DNA of 64,000 nucleotides, taken from the IMG/VR virus record IMGVR_UViG_3300005611_000008, positions 1-64,000 of that record; one strand, given 5' to 3'. Below, one piece after another: positions 36,652-48,548 of this stretch. The notes beneath the pieces were generated by a model. The model was not told the origin of the DNA. It did not search any database and saw nothing but the letters and a program-made list of their open reading frames with translations. The position numbers and the translations under genes were made by a program. This stretch comes from a virus. Its lineage: Duplodnaviria; Caudoviricetes. Within the stretch, counting starts at the first letter, position 1. Every line of letters begins with the position of its first letter.

Positions 36652-38429
36652 TGGCAGTTTATAGATACGCTACAAAAGATTTGTCAATTAATAACGCAAA
36701 GGCATTCTTGTCTTCTTTAAATGCTTCTGATGGAAGAAGCACGAAAAACTCCGTAATTCTTTATGCTGTTCTTGGTAATAATAAACAATACGAGAATGAA
36801 CCGACTCCTGTATTGCCACCTGACAACGAACAATACCTACAGTACGAATCACACAGAAACTTTATTGGTGGTAAAAAAATCACTGTCGAAGACGTGAGTC
36901 ATGTCGTTCCAAGATACGATTGGGAATCAGGCACAATTTATTCAATGTATCGAGATACTGACACCGATATGTATGATCGTGTGTATTATGTTTTAACAGA
37001 CGAATTCAACGTTTATAAATGTATTTACAATAACAAAGGTGCACAATCAACTGTAAAACCTTCTGGATTCTCAACACAACCATTTACCACATCTGATGGT
37101 TATACTTGGAAGTACATGTACACCGTTTCATTAGGGGATGCGGACAAGTTCTTAACCACACAATACGTGCCAGTAAAAACATTAACGGTAAGTGACGGTT
37201 CCGCAGAATCTTCTCGTCAATTAGCAGTTCAAAACGCGGCAGTTAATGGTGCAATTGAAGTTGTTGAAACCGTGGTTGTGGGTTCTGGATACGAAACTGT
37301 ATCTAATGGAGTAGTAGAAGCAGCAACAACTACCACTCTAAGTTTGTCTGCGGCATCTGGCAATCCTTCTCCAATCGACAACTTTTACAATGGCAGTAGC
37401 GTATATATTCTTTCTGGAACTGGTGCAGGTCAGTTAAGAAGAATCATCGATTACACAGGAACCAACAGAACACTTACAGTTAATACAGCATTTTCAACTG
37501 TTGCTAACACCGACTCTCGTGTGATTATTTCACCGACAGTAACGATCATTGGGGATGGAAGGGGTGCTAAAGCATATTCTCGCGTTGATGCTTCTACTGG
37601 TTTTATTTCAAATGTGGCAGTCATTGCGACAGGTTCTGATTACACTCGTGCCGAAGCATTTATTACTGCTAACTCATTGTATGGTACTGGCGCAACTGCC
37701 AATGTTGTAATCTCACCAGTAGGTGGACACGGTTCAGATCCAGTGCGAGAGTTATCTGCTGATAAAATTATGCTAAATGTCCAGTTCACTGCCAATGAAG
37801 GTATTTCTGCCAACGGTAATGGATACATTCCATCAAACACCGAGTTCCGTACTATTTCTATTCTGAAAGATCCAATTTTGAAAGTTGATGCAAACAATAA
37901 CACAATTACAACCGAAGGTATTGCAAACACATCAAACTCACCTACAACTTTAAGATTCACAACTCGTGCATCTATTTCTTATACGCAAATGAGTGGTTCT
38001 ACACCAATTAATCCACTTTCGGTTAGGGATATTATCACCAACGAAAGAAATAGATTACGTGCTGAGACTGGTGAACTTGAATTTGTAACAACTCTCGGTC
38101 CTGTGGCACGACAAACTGAAGCATTGTCAAATGCAGTGCGATCAGCAAACGCAAGTATTGTATTTGAGAGGGATGATGAGACATTATCAGATCCGTCTTT
38201 CTATACTTTGTACCTAAATAATGTTCAGAGTTATAGTAATAGTCCTGCTTTCACTAAAGATGATGTTATTTTAAAAAGTGATAGCGAAACGCAAATAGCG
38301 ACAGTTGAAGACATAAAGGGTCCAGAAGCAAACACATTTTCTGGAGAACTGTTATATACTGAAAATGTTCGTGTAGTTACTCGTGACCCCGAACAGGTTG
38401 AAGACATAAAAATTATTTTAGATTTTTAA
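36651..38429 (+). CDS. 8: baseplate wedge gp8
   Basis: VVPRYDW.SG, YYVLTDEFNVYKCI.N, DGYTWKYMY, GGHGSDP..EL and Q.EDIKIILDF. Confidence 0.88.
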   Translation: MAVYRYATKDLSINNAKAFLSSLNASDGRSTKNSVILYAVLGNNKQYENEPTPVLPPDNEQYLQYESHRNFIGGKKITVEDVSHVVPRYDWESGTIYSMYRDTDTDMYDRVYYVLTDEFNVYKCIYNNKGAQSTVKPSGFSTQPFTTSDGYTWKYMYTVSLGDADKFLTTQYVPVKTLTVSDGSAESSRQLAVQNAAVNGAIEVVETVVVGSGYETVSNGVVEAATTTTLSLSAASGNPSPIDNFYNGSSVYILSGTGAGQLRRIIDYTGTNRTLTVNTAFSTVANTDSRVIISPTVTIIGDGRGAKAYSRVDASTGFISNVAVIATGSDYTRAEAFITANSLYGTGATANVVISPVGGHGSDPVRELSADKIMLNVQFTANEGISANGNGYIPSNTEFRTISILKDPILKVDANNNTITTEGIANTSNSPTTLRFTTRASISYTQMSGSTPINPLSVRDIITNERNRLRAETGELEFVTTLGPVARQTEALSNAVRSANASIVFERDDETLSDPSFYTLYLNNVQSYSNSPAFTKDDVILKSDSETQIATVEDIKGPEANTFSGELLYTENVRVVTRDPEQVEDIKIILDF

Positions 38430-38440
38430 AGGTAGAATAA

Positions 38441-41400
38441 ATGGGCATCGAAACCAATCTCAATCAAAGTCCTTATTTTGACGATTTTGATGAAGGCAAG
38501 AACTTTCACCGTGTGCTTTTCCGTCCGGGGTTTGGCGTTCAGGCACGAGAACTCACGCAGATTCAATCAATCTTACAAAATCAAATTGAACGATTTGCAA
38601 ATGAAGTTTTAGTTGATGGTACTATAGTCAGTGGTGTTGGTTTGTCAACCGATGATAAATTTGACTATGTTAAGTTAAGAGATAAAGATGCCAACAATCG
38701 CGTTTTACTATTAGGAGATTTCTTCCAAGGCGGAGAAGTGGCAAATGCAGTAGTGACGGGTTCTACCTCCGGTCTCACCGCACAATTAATCAATGTCGTA
38801 GATGGTTCTGAAGCAGCGTCACCAGACAATCTTTCTATCTTTATTAAGTATACAAACTCTGGTGCCAACAACTCTGCTCGTGCGTTCGATAGTAATGAAA
38901 CTCTGATTTTGCGTCAAAGAGCAAATAATCAGTTCATCGTCGCAGCAAATACTATTACATCAAATGCAACAGGTTATGGTTTCCGAGCATCTGTTTCCGA
39001 TGGTATTATCTATCACAAAGGAAACTTTGTTAGAGTTTTACCGCAGTCTATTATTGTTGACAAGTATTCAACAACACCCACCAAAAAAGTTGGTTTTGAA
39101 ACTATTGAATCTATTGTTGATTCAAACCAAGATTCATCTTTGTTAGATAATGCTTCCGGTGCAACCAACTTTGCGGCACCCGGTGCAAACCGTTTGAAGA
39201 TGACTCCTACATTGGTAGTTCGTAACATCAATGTTGCCAACACAACCACCTTCTTTACTGTCGCAGAAATCGAACAAGGAAGGGTCGTTCAGAGGTTTAC
39301 TGATTCGGTCTACTCTGATATAGGACAATATATTGCAGAAAGATTCTACGAAACCAACGGCAATTATGCAATTGAACCATTCAATATTCGTATACGTGAG
39401 CACCTAAAAGGTTCTAACAACTTGGGTCGTTACAATGCCGATGGTGGTGGTAATAGCAATAAGTTGGTTGCGGAAGTTGAAAAAGGTATCGGTTATGTAG
39501 ATGGCAACCGCATTTCACTTGAGTCTCCTATATTCCGCGATGTCGATAAAGCAACTGACTTTGAAACTAAAGATGCTCGTATCATAGGTCAAGCAATCGG
39601 AAACTATGTTATAGCAAAAGAAGTTGTCGGTACTTGGGATTTTCAAGGGTTGCGTGAAGTAGATTTGCATGATACAGTACAGCAAGGTATTTCTGGATTA
39701 AATTTTGGAAACCAATCCGCACAAGGTACAAAAATTGGTACTGCACGTGTTCGTGGTTTCCAGTGGAATTCGGGAACTGCAGGAACTCCAACAGGACAAT
39801 TTAGAATTTATTTGTTTGACATCAAGATGGAAGTCAACAAGTCATTTTCGGATGTGCGGAGCATTTATGTAGATAATACTTCTGGTCCAAAGTCAATGGC
39901 AGACTTGGTGCTGAATGCAGACGGAAACGCACAAATCGAAGAAGCAGGACTGAATACTCTAGTCTTTCCATTTACGCAAAAGGGCACAAAAACTTTGCGA
40001 GATGAGGACAACAACATTGATACGCAATGGGTATTCAGAACAGAAAAAACTGTCAACTTTGTGGACGGTGTTGCCGCAGTATCTGCCAACTCTGCACACG
40101 CAGGGGGCACAGAGACACTAAATGATACGGGTTCTTTGACAAATGTCGATGAGAGAAATCTTATCATTGTGTCTAAGCAAGCATCAGAAACAGATCCACA
40201 TACAGGTTCGGTTACGACATTCACAGGAAATACCGTAACTGGTTCCGGTACAACATTCGAGTCATCGTATCAAGTTGGTGACATTATGACGATTGAAGAC
40301 GGTGCTAATACGGTCACCGCACGTATTACCAACATTGTGAATGACACTGGATTGAATGTTGCGAATACCTTTACTTATACTCGTAGTGGTGTTACACTGG
40401 CACACAAAACATCATTCCCTGAAGGTTATATTTTTGATTTAACCTCTAATGGTAATATTACCTCTACATCTACGACGCATACTATTGAACTTGATCAAGC
40501 AAACTTGGCATCGTCATTCCTCGCATCAGTCTATTTCAATGTTTCTCGTTCAGATGCAGTTCAAACCTCAAAGACTGTTAATAAGAATAAGTTCATTGAG
40601 ATTGACACCACGACAAATTCTGCAGGTTCTTTGGGACCATGGTCTCTTGGTGTATCAGATGCATTTAAGATTGAAGAAGTGTACGTTGGTAATGCAAACA
40701 CAGTAAATACTTCAAGCACCACTTACACCTCCGAGTTTGAACTTGATACTGGTATGAAAGATGCGTTCTATGACACATCTTCAATCCGATTGAAATCCAC
40801 AAGTACCTTAGATATGAACGGCAAGGGAATGCTTGTTAAGTTCTCACACTTTGGAAGAGACCGTTCTGCAGGAATTGGTTTCTTGTCTGTTGATTCTTAT
40901 CCAATCGATGATTCTAACGCATCAAACACAACAGCAATTACTACCCAAGAGATTCCGGTGTTTAGATCACCGACAACAGGTGTAGAATATGACTTGCGAG
41001 ACAGTATCGATTTCCGTCCAATCAAATTGAACAGCATTGTTCCTTCTTCTGTATATACATCTGCACCAAAGAACCCTGCTGCAAACACAAGTTATAGTAT
41101 TGATTCTGATGGAGCATATATGCCGACTCCAGACGAAAATTTCCAAGTAGATATTCAGTTCTACCTTCCACGCAAGGACCGAGTAGTTTTGACAAAAGAA
41201 GGTCGTGTTGAAGTTGTGAAGGGCATTCCTTCTATTATACCTCGTACACCGGAAGAACGTGCAGGTTCAATGACTCTTGGTATTTTGGACATTCCAGTGT
41301 ACCCGTCTTTGTCGCCATTTGTGGCAAAGCAATCTGGACGCATCGACTATCAAGTTAATTTGTCTCTTGAAAATAACCGTCGATATACAATGAAGGATTT

Positions 41401-44092
41401 GCGTTCGGTAGAACAACGAGTCAATAATCTCGAATACTATTCGTCTTTGAACGCACTCGAAGCATCAGCAAAAAACAAGCAACTGTTTAACGACTCTGGA
41501 TTGGATCGTTTTAAGAATGGTTTCTTAGTAGACAATTTTGATGGTCATAATCTGGCAGACACCACAAAGGTTGGATACCGTGCTGCAATTGATAGAAACA
41601 GAACTTTATTGAGACCATCGTACATTCGTGGTGATGTTAGTATGTCTGATGGTTTGGTGCAGAATTCTACCAACTTGACAAAAACTGGAAACCTGATTAC
41701 TCTATCATATACTAATTCGACTTTATTGGATCAGAAGTTTGCATCTAAGTTGCGTAACCCAGTTCAAGAAATAACCTTTGATTGGCAAGGTGAGATTAAC
41801 CTGAATCCTTCAATGGATAACACACCAGATATTACCACGCTACCAGATATTCAAGTAGATTTTGATGGTATGTATCGTGCGATTGAAGAAATTGCATCTA
41901 GAACTGGTGTCACGGGTATTGATTGGGGCAATTGGAATACTGTAAATACTACAGTAGATAGAAGGACTGTGAGACGCGGAGATACAGAAACTCGAACCAC
42001 TACAACTCAGACTGACCAGATTCGCGAAGGCATTCAAACCACCATCAGTGCATCCACCGAAACTTTCTCAATCGGAAACTTTGTTGAGAATGTTGCGGTG
42101 CGAGACTTCATTCGTTCGCGTAATGTCCAAGTCACTGGTGTTCGGATGAAACCAAACACTCGCGTCTACCCATACTTTGACGATGAGTTAGTTGCGGATT
42201 ATGTGGCACCTGCAAACAATTCATTTGCCAATACTGGCGTGGAAGGAGCAAACCTCGTAACAGATAGCACTGGTACGGTGTATGCCAACTTCCGTATTCC
42301 TAATGATAATGAACTAAAATTTAGAATCGGTACAAGAAGATTCGAACTAAAAGATGTTGCAAACACGCAGACACAATCTAGTTTGATTACCACATCCGCA
42401 CACGGAGACTACACAAGTATTGCTCTTGATGTTACACAACGTGGAAGTGCATTGAATATTACCGTTCCGCAGATTTCAGACAACCGCGTGACAGATAATA
42501 GAACCTTGACATCAGTGACTCGAACAGTACGAGACGTTAATGATAATCGTGGCGGTGGTGATCCTATAACTCAAACCTTTACGGTTTCTGCGGGCAATTC
42601 AGAAGGCGCATTTATTACTAAGTTGGATTTATACTTTGGACGCAAGTCTTCTACTTATCCAATCACCGTTCAGATCCGCGAAGTAGAAAATGGTTTCCCA
42701 ACACAAACCATTGTTCCCTTTGGTTCAAAGACTTTACAACCTGCATCTGTGTCAACCAGTAATGATGGTCAGACTGCGACAACCTTTACATTTGATTCTC
42801 CAATATATCTGCAAAACAATAAAGACTATGCGCTGACAGTGATTCCTGGGGGTAATTCGGATGAGTATGCAGTTTGGGTTGGTGAATTAGGAGGTACTGA
42901 TGTATCCACTAATGAATTGATTGACAAACAACCTACAACTGGTGTATTATTTGTTTCTGCGAATAACAAAACTTGGAAACAAATTCAATCTGAAGACTTG
43001 AAGTTCAAGTTGCATCGTGCAAACTTTACTAGAAATACTGGGACTATCTATGTTGAAAATGATGCATTAGATTTCTTCACATACAGTACTATCAATGGAA
43101 CATTCCAGAATGGAGAAAAAGTCACCAATGCAGGTGGAGATCGTGGTTTCATTAAGTTTATCGATACTGCGAATCAGAAGATTCATATCGAAAACTCTAC
43201 TGGTGGTTTTAGTTCCTCAGATGTAATCACTGGTTCTGTATCGGGCGCGACTGCAACCATTAGCACAGTAGACAATTTGATTTTGAATACTTTGGTTCCG
43301 AAGATTCCTCAGATTACATATGCAAATACAAGTGCATCTTGGTCTGTAAGAGCAACATCTACTTCAGGTGTTATTCCTTCTTCTTACAAGTCTATTGATT
43401 TACAGTTTGAAAATGACTTCATTGATGGAGAAAAGAAAGTATATTCCAAGTCTAATGAGTCTGTGTTGACTCCGGTTGATGGTTCTAGTAAGACTTTGAC
43501 TTTGAAAGGAACGATTTCATCCACTGATAACTTCTTATCACCTGTTATCGATACTTCTAGAATGAATTCGATTGTTATTGAAAATGTTATTAACAACGAC
43601 AACGATGAAGAGTGGAAAGAACAAGGTAACGCACTTGTTAGATATATCACTCGCCCAGTTGAGTTGTCTGATGGGCAAGATGCCGAAGACTTGAAAGTAT
43701 TCTTGACATCATACAAACCTGCAGGAACAGACATCAAGGTGTATGCTAGAATTCATAACCCAAGTGATGCGGAAGATATTGATTCAAAAGACTTCACACC
43801 TTTGACTCAAATTACTGACTCAACTTTGGTTTCTGACTCAGTTGATACGAGTGACTTTAAAGAATTTGAGTTTGGATTCAGTGCAAATACTGACGGTCAG
43901 AACTTTTTAGCAAGTGCCAACTCGCATGCACGACTAAATAGTTCTAATAATGAAGTTGTTACTTATCGTGCGGGAGACGGATCGATTCATGCGACTTACA
44001 AAACCTTTGCATTGAAGATTGTTATGACAAGTTCTGGAAGTAATATTGTTCCTCTTGTCCGAGATATGAGAGCAATTGCACTACAAAAATGA
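38441..44092 (+). CDS. large virion structural protein (DUF4815/VrlC-like)
   Basis: N.SPYFDDF, VLFRPG..VQARELTQ.QSILQ.Q, APGANRLK, RRYTMKD and RFKNGFLVDNF. Confidence 0.8.
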   Translation: MGIETNLNQSPYFDDFDEGKNFHRVLFRPGFGVQARELTQIQSILQNQIERFANEVLVDGTIVSGVGLSTDDKFDYVKLRDKDANNRVLLLGDFFQGGEVANAVVTGSTSGLTAQLINVVDGSEAASPDNLSIFIKYTNSGANNSARAFDSNETLILRQRANNQFIVAANTITSNATGYGFRASVSDGIIYHKGNFVRVLPQSIIVDKYSTTPTKKVGFETIESIVDSNQDSSLLDNASGATNFAAPGANRLKMTPTLVVRNINVANTTTFFTVAEIEQGRVVQRFTDSVYSDIGQYIAERFYETNGNYAIEPFNIRIREHLKGSNNLGRYNADGGGNSNKLVAEVEKGIGYVDGNRISLESPIFRDVDKATDFETKDARIIGQAIGNYVIAKEVVGTWDFQGLREVDLHDTVQQGISGLNFGNQSAQGTKIGTARVRGFQWNSGTAGTPTGQFRIYLFDIKMEVNKSFSDVRSIYVDNTSGPKSMADLVLNADGNAQIEEAGLNTLVFPFTQKGTKTLRDEDNNIDTQWVFRTEKTVNFVDGVAAVSANSAHAGGTETLNDTGSLTNVDERNLIIVSKQASETDPHTGSVTTFTGNTVTGSGTTFESSYQVGDIMTIEDGANTVTARITNIVNDTGLNVANTFTYTRSGVTLAHKTSFPEGYIFDLTSNGNITSTSTTHTIELDQANLASSFLASVYFNVSRSDAVQTSKTVNKNKFIEIDTTTNSAGSLGPWSLGVSDAFKIEEVYVGNANTVNTSSTTYTSEFELDTGMKDAFYDTSSIRLKSTSTLDMNGKGMLVKFSHFGRDRSAGIGFLSVDSYPIDDSNASNTTAITTQEIPVFRSPTTGVEYDLRDSIDFRPIKLNSIVPSSVYTSAPKNPAANTSYSIDSDGAYMPTPDENFQVDIQFYLPRKDRVVLTKEGRVEVVKGIPSIIPRTPEERAGSMTLGILDIPVYPSLSPFVAKQSGRIDYQVNLSLENNRRYTMKDLRSVEQRVNNLEYYSSLNALEASAKNKQLFNDSGLDRFKNGFLVDNFDGHNLADTTKVGYRAAIDRNRTLLRPSYIRGDVSMSDGLVQNSTNLTKTGNLITLSYTNSTLLDQKFASKLRNPVQEITFDWQGEINLNPSMDNTPDITTLPDIQVDFDGMYRAIEEIASRTGVTGIDWGNWNTVNTTVDRRTVRRGDTETRTTTTQTDQIREGIQTTISASTETFSIGNFVENVAVRDFIRSRNVQVTGVRMKPNTRVYPYFDDELVADYVAPANNSFANTGVEGANLVTDSTGTVYANFRIPNDNELKFRIGTRRFELKDVANTQTQSSLITTSAHGDYTSIALDVTQRGSALNITVPQISDNRVTDNRTLTSVTRTVRDVNDNRGGGDPITQTFTVSAGNSEGAFITKLDLYFGRKSSTYPITVQIREVENGFPTQTIVPFGSKTLQPASVSTSNDGQTATTFTFDSPIYLQNNKDYALTVIPGGNSDEYAVWVGELGGTDVSTNELIDKQPTTGVLFVSANNKTWKQIQSEDLKFKLHRANFTRNTGTIYVENDALDFFTYSTINGTFQNGEKVTNAGGDRGFIKFIDTANQKIHIENSTGGFSSSDVITGSVSGATATISTVDNLILNTLVPKIPQITYANTSASWSVRATSTSGVIPSSYKSIDLQFENDFIDGEKKVYSKSNESVLTPVDGSSKTLTLKGTISSTDNFLSPVIDTSRMNSIVIENVINNDNDEEWKEQGNALVRYITRPVELSDGQDAEDLKVFLTSYKPAGTDIKVYARIHNPSDAEDIDSKDFTPLTQITDSTLVSDSVDTSDFKEFEFGFSANTDGQNFLASANSHARLNSSNNEVVTYRAGDGSIHATYKTFALKIVMTSSGSNIVPLVRDMRAIALQK

Positions 44093-44301
44093 CAAAGGTT
44101 AAGATTGAAAATCACGAAGATTTGGTTCGTGATGTGGAAACGCAAGCAGTTTTGAATGTAGATTCATCATCGCTTGCACAGTATCGAGAAAGACGTAAAC
44201 AAGAAAGAATAAAAACAAAAGAATTAGAGCATCTCAAAACCGAAGTTTCTGAAATAAAAGAGTTGCTTTATCAGTTGATCAACAGAGACAACAACCGATG
44301 A
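44089..44301 (+). CDS. small conserved protein following the large structural gene
   Basis: LVRD....AVLN.D and a C-terminal coiled coil. Confidence 0.65.
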   Translation: MTKVKIENHEDLVRDVETQAVLNVDSSSLAQYRERRKQERIKTKELEHLKTEVSEIKELLYQLINRDNNR

Positions 44302-47300
44302 CAGTACAAATATCAAACACTAATCTTAACGATAATTTCAACAATTGGCGATTAAATACGAATTTAATTGCCACAGTTCTTAGTAATAACGTCGTTACAG
44401 TGTCAAGAGCAGGATCTGCGAATCGCGGAGGATATGCCGTAGGTAACGGTCATATAGACGGTACTTTCTCTGCTTCAAATCTGCGAACCGAAACTTTAGG
44501 TGGGGGCAATACTACTGTAACCGACTCTTTAAGCATTGTCTCAAATGCATCTTTCACAGGCACGACACTTACAGTATCATCCAATGCCACTTTTGAAGGA
44601 AATGTTAATTTTAATACCACTGGTTCTGACCGACTGATTTTCGGTGACATTTCTCGTATTCGTCTGACTGGTGGATCTACAAACCAGTTCTTATTCAAGA
44701 GTGCTGCCGATACAGTTTCATTTAAGACAATATCTCTTGAAGATGTTAGTAACTTAACTACAGGTGCCTCGCACTTTACTCTGGTTGGTTCAAACTCGCA
44801 GTTAAGCGACAATGGTGATTCTCCAGAGATTCGGTTAGTTACGGACAGTGGCGATACTGCCAAAATCTTTGTTGCCCAAGCACCTTTAGTCGGTGATTCA
44901 GATTTGTATGCTAAACTTGCCGACTTACTAGGCGATAGTAAGTTTGTAATAGCAAATGTTTCAAACACTGAAGTTGCGTCAATTTCGTCGCAAGGGGATA
45001 TTTCTGCGAATGCTATTACGGCAACTTCAGTCACCCCATCATCAAACTTTTTACCAAATGCCGATGACAGTCTTGATCTTGGTTCTTCCTCATTTGAATG
45101 GAAAGATTTGTACATCGATGGTGTAGCATATATCGACGAACTGTCAATGGGAACATCCGCAGGACAGGGTATTGCAACATCTCTGATTCCAAAGACAGAT
45201 GCGGCAGGTAATCTTGGTTCAGTTACTCGTAAGTGGGGAACTGTTTTTGCAGATAATACGAATGGTGGGTTAGGAGTATTTAAAACACTTGGTGTATCTG
45301 GTAATCTAAACGCAAACGGTTCATCATCTCTTAACGCAACTACAGTAACAACGCTTGATGCAAACGGTGCAGTTGATCTAAACTCTACTCTGAATGTAGA
45401 TGGTGCTACAACTCTTAACGGGTTGACAGCAACAACATTCTCAGCAAACGGTGCAACGACTCTCAAAGGTACTGTAGAACTTGGTGATGCATCAACGGAC
45501 ACGATTACAGTTAAGGGCAACTTTGCCAATCAATCAACGTCTGGACTTGCCACATTTGACGGTAATGTAAAAGTTCAAGGAACCAATCTGACAATCTCGT
45601 CTGAAGTTAATAGTAATATTATTCCAGACGCAGACAACGGTGTAGGACACTATAATTTGGGTTCTACTTCAAAGCGTTGGAATACTCTTTATGCTAATAA
45701 TACATTTGCAAATAATATCACAGTCGATAATAACGTTGATATTTTGGGAGACTTGAGCGTACAAGGCAACACGACTTTTGCATCTGGTGGTGCGGTGAGT
45801 GCCCCTGAAGGTACATTTACCAGTCTTTCTGTCTCAGGCATTTCATCTTTTGAAGGCAATGTTGATTTGGGCAATGCCTCGGGCGACATCATATCTATCA
45901 CAGGTTCTATTGACACTGACATTATTCCAACGGGATCTCGCAATGTAGGGTCTTCAGGTTCTCCTTGGAATAATGGTTTCTTTACTGGAACATTGAACAC
46001 TGATGTTTTAACCGTAGATGAAAATTCTACCTTCACAGGTGCGGTTGATATCAATAACAATGTTGATATTTCAGGCAATCTATCAAACGATGGCACAAAG
46101 ATCATCAGTAACAATGGTAAGATTTACGCAAATAATGCAATCACTGGTGGCACAATTACCAATGCTATGCTTGCAACACATGGGAACCCAACTGGAACCT
46201 TTGGTTCTGCTACTAAAATTCCAGTAATTACTATTGATGATCGTGGTCGCGTTACTAACATTTCAAATACATCTGTAGCAGGCGTTTCAGCATTTTCTTA
46301 TGCTTCTGCCAACAACACATTTAAGATTGATGCCGCAGACGGTTCTAACTACACAGCAACCATTTCAAGTGGTTCCCTCGGAAGTGCACTTCTTGAAAAC
46401 TCTGGTGTGATTGCATCAGCATATGGTTCATCTACGCAAGTTCCTGTTATCACTGTAAATGCAAAGGGTATTATTACAGGTGTAACAACATCTACGGTTG
46501 CGGGTGTATCTGGAATAACCTACACACAGTCAAACAATAATATTCGTATTACAACTGCAGATGGTTCTACGTTTGATGATGTGATTGATTCTGCAACTGC
46601 TAACACAGATGGTTCCAATGGCGGTTTAACTAATCGTGGTGTTGCATCGTTTGATTCTGGAGATTTCACTGTATCAAATGGATTTGTCTCTCTTAAAAAT
46701 GCAACAACTGGGGCAGTACTCGCAATCGGTGGCACAGCAAACGAAGTCAACGTCTCTCGTACAAATGGTACAGTGACGGTTGGATTGCCTGATGATGTCA
46801 CGGTCACTGGACAGTTGAATGTTGGTGAAAATATTGTAATCTCGGGCAACTTAATTGTCAATGGCACCACCACCACAATTAACTCGACTACTGTTCGTGT
46901 TGAAGACAACATTATTGTTCTGAACGAAGGTGTAACAGGCACACCTTCTCTGAACTCTGGTTTGACTGTTGAACGAGGAGACTTAGTAAACAAGTCTTTG
47001 TTGTGGAACGAAACAATAGACAAATGGACTGTTGGTTCGGAAACATTTGTTGCAGGAACATTTGAAGGCAACCTAACAGGAACTGCAAATAGCGTTTCAA
47101 ATGCACTCTCCGCAGGATCGTATCTAACAGGAGATTCGTTTGATGGTTCTGTATCAAGAACTTTCGCAGTCGATGCTACATCATTGAATACAGCAAGTAA
47201 GGTTGTGGCACGTGATAGTAGTGGAAACTTTTCTGCCTCAATCATCACTGCCTCCCTAAGCGGTAATGCATCTACTGCGTCCAAATTAGCAGTTGCAAGA

Positions 47301-47633
47301 AATATTCAGGCATCAGGGGACATTTCTTGGGGGGTGACCTTTGACGGATCTAACAACGTTTCCTCAGTGGCAACCATTCAAAATGGTGTAGTTGACACAG
47401 ATCAGTTGGCATCGGGTGCAGTAACAAATGAAAAATTAGCACTTAATGCTATTAACACTAATCAGATTGCAGACGATGCCGTTGACACTAATCAGATTGC
47501 AAACAACGCGGTGACTAATGCTAAAATTGCCCCAGATGCTGTGGATTCTTCTAAACTAGATAATGTACAGTCTTTGCAGATTATAAATTCTACGGGTACT
47601 GTTTTGAAAACAATCTATGGAGCAGGTTCTTAA
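44298..47633 (+). CDS. tail fibre protein (1111 aa)
   Basis: DNFNNWR..TN N-terminus; repeated P..D...LGS....W..LY modules; S/T/G/N-rich beta repeats; KTIYGAGS end. Confidence 0.8.
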   Translation: MTVQISNTNLNDNFNNWRLNTNLIATVLSNNVVTVSRAGSANRGGYAVGNGHIDGTFSASNLRTETLGGGNTTVTDSLSIVSNASFTGTTLTVSSNATFEGNVNFNTTGSDRLIFGDISRIRLTGGSTNQFLFKSAADTVSFKTISLEDVSNLTTGASHFTLVGSNSQLSDNGDSPEIRLVTDSGDTAKIFVAQAPLVGDSDLYAKLADLLGDSKFVIANVSNTEVASISSQGDISANAITATSVTPSSNFLPNADDSLDLGSSSFEWKDLYIDGVAYIDELSMGTSAGQGIATSLIPKTDAAGNLGSVTRKWGTVFADNTNGGLGVFKTLGVSGNLNANGSSSLNATTVTTLDANGAVDLNSTLNVDGATTLNGLTATTFSANGATTLKGTVELGDASTDTITVKGNFANQSTSGLATFDGNVKVQGTNLTISSEVNSNIIPDADNGVGHYNLGSTSKRWNTLYANNTFANNITVDNNVDILGDLSVQGNTTFASGGAVSAPEGTFTSLSVSGISSFEGNVDLGNASGDIISITGSIDTDIIPTGSRNVGSSGSPWNNGFFTGTLNTDVLTVDENSTFTGAVDINNNVDISGNLSNDGTKIISNNGKIYANNAITGGTITNAMLATHGNPTGTFGSATKIPVITIDDRGRVTNISNTSVAGVSAFSYASANNTFKIDAADGSNYTATISSGSLGSALLENSGVIASAYGSSTQVPVITVNAKGIITGVTTSTVAGVSGITYTQSNNNIRITTADGSTFDDVIDSATANTDGSNGGLTNRGVASFDSGDFTVSNGFVSLKNATTGAVLAIGGTANEVNVSRTNGTVTVGLPDDVTVTGQLNVGENIVISGNLIVNGTTTTINSTTVRVEDNIIVLNEGVTGTPSLNSGLTVERGDLVNKSLLWNETIDKWTVGSETFVAGTFEGNLTGTANSVSNALSAGSYLTGDSFDGSVSRTFAVDATSLNTASKVVARDSSGNFSASIITASLSGNASTASKLAVARNIQASGDISWGVTFDGSNNVSSVATIQNGVVDTDQLASGAVTNEKLALNAINTNQIADDAVDTNQIANNAVTNAKIAPDAVDSSKLDNVQSLQIINSTGTVLKTIYGAGS

Positions 47634-47636
47634 ATA

Positions 47637-48548
47637 ATGGCATTTCGACGACCTTTGAAATTAAACGGTAGTAATCTACAAGAAATGGCGAACACGGATA
47701 TTGAAAACATTCAAAATCTCGCGTTCTGGCAATATATTAGCAATCCCTCAGTATCTCTGTCTGTGGTAGGTTCTAGTGGAAATCTAGGAACTATCAATGA
47801 CACTAGATTGCAAGCAGGAACATATTCTACTCTCGTCAATAGATTTCCCACAGAAGAAGAAACTGCAGAACCAACAACGGTAACTGTAGGATATGCTAGA
47901 TTAGATCAAACAGTAACCGATACTAATCCACCATCTGATAATGGAACGTCTTTTCCTGTTTACTATGATTCAACTGGAAATATTAGGTCTATGAATCTGC
48001 AAGATATGTATGATACTTTTGGGTATGCAGCAATAGAAAATTTGCAAACAGCATCCTCTATTGAAACAATTTATAGAATACATACTTCCACATCATTCAC
48101 AGGGTATAGTTTGGTTAGTGCTACTCCAATATTTTCTGACTCCGGTGCTGATGTGAGTTTATACACCGCAGATGGAATTCCAGAAAGTCTAGACCAACCA
48201 GCAATCATTGGAGATTATTATTTGTTAAAAAGAGATTATGTAGCACCTGAATTCCCCCTACCAGTAAAAAATGACAGTAATAATTTGGCATCTTTTACCA
48301 GTAGTAGTTTTGAGTCCATAATTGAAACTATGATAAGGCATCTTGCTGCAGAGGTTTCTGGTTATCGATTACGTTATTCTTGGGATGGTACAGGAACCAC
48401 TGTTGGTAGTGTGCTTGATCAAAGACTCAATGGTTCAGGTAGTTTTAACGAACTGGAATTTGATGAAAACGATTATCGTGCACAAGAATTTCCCAATGGA
48501 TCTTTGGTGACAGTTAATACTTATAATTTAAAGTTGAGGCAAGAATGA
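47637..48548 (+). CDS. fibre-associated protein with three internal repeats
   Basis: RPLKLNGSNLQEM / FPVYYDSTGNIRSM / LPVKNDSNNLASF. Confidence 0.6.
   Translation: MAFRRPLKLNGSNLQEMANTDIENIQNLAFWQYISNPSVSLSVVGSSGNLGTINDTRLQAGTYSTLVNRFPTEEETAEPTTVTVGYARLDQTVTDTNPPSDNGTSFPVYYDSTGNIRSMNLQDMYDTFGYAAIENLQTASSIETIYRIHTSTSFTGYSLVSATPIFSDSGADVSLYTADGIPESLDQPAIIGDYYLLKRDYVAPEFPLPVKNDSNNLASFTSSSFESIIETMIRHLAAEVSGYRLRYSWDGTGTTVGSVLDQRLNGSGSFNELEFDENDYRAQEFPNGSLVTVNTYNLKLRQE

Noticed and set aside
44450-47284. Long antisense ORFs (359 aa, 254 aa; similarly 20604..21338 and 60902..61507)
   Set aside because: Codon-aligned antisense shadows of low-complexity G/S/T/A/N-rich structural genes, with no RBS or independent motifs.
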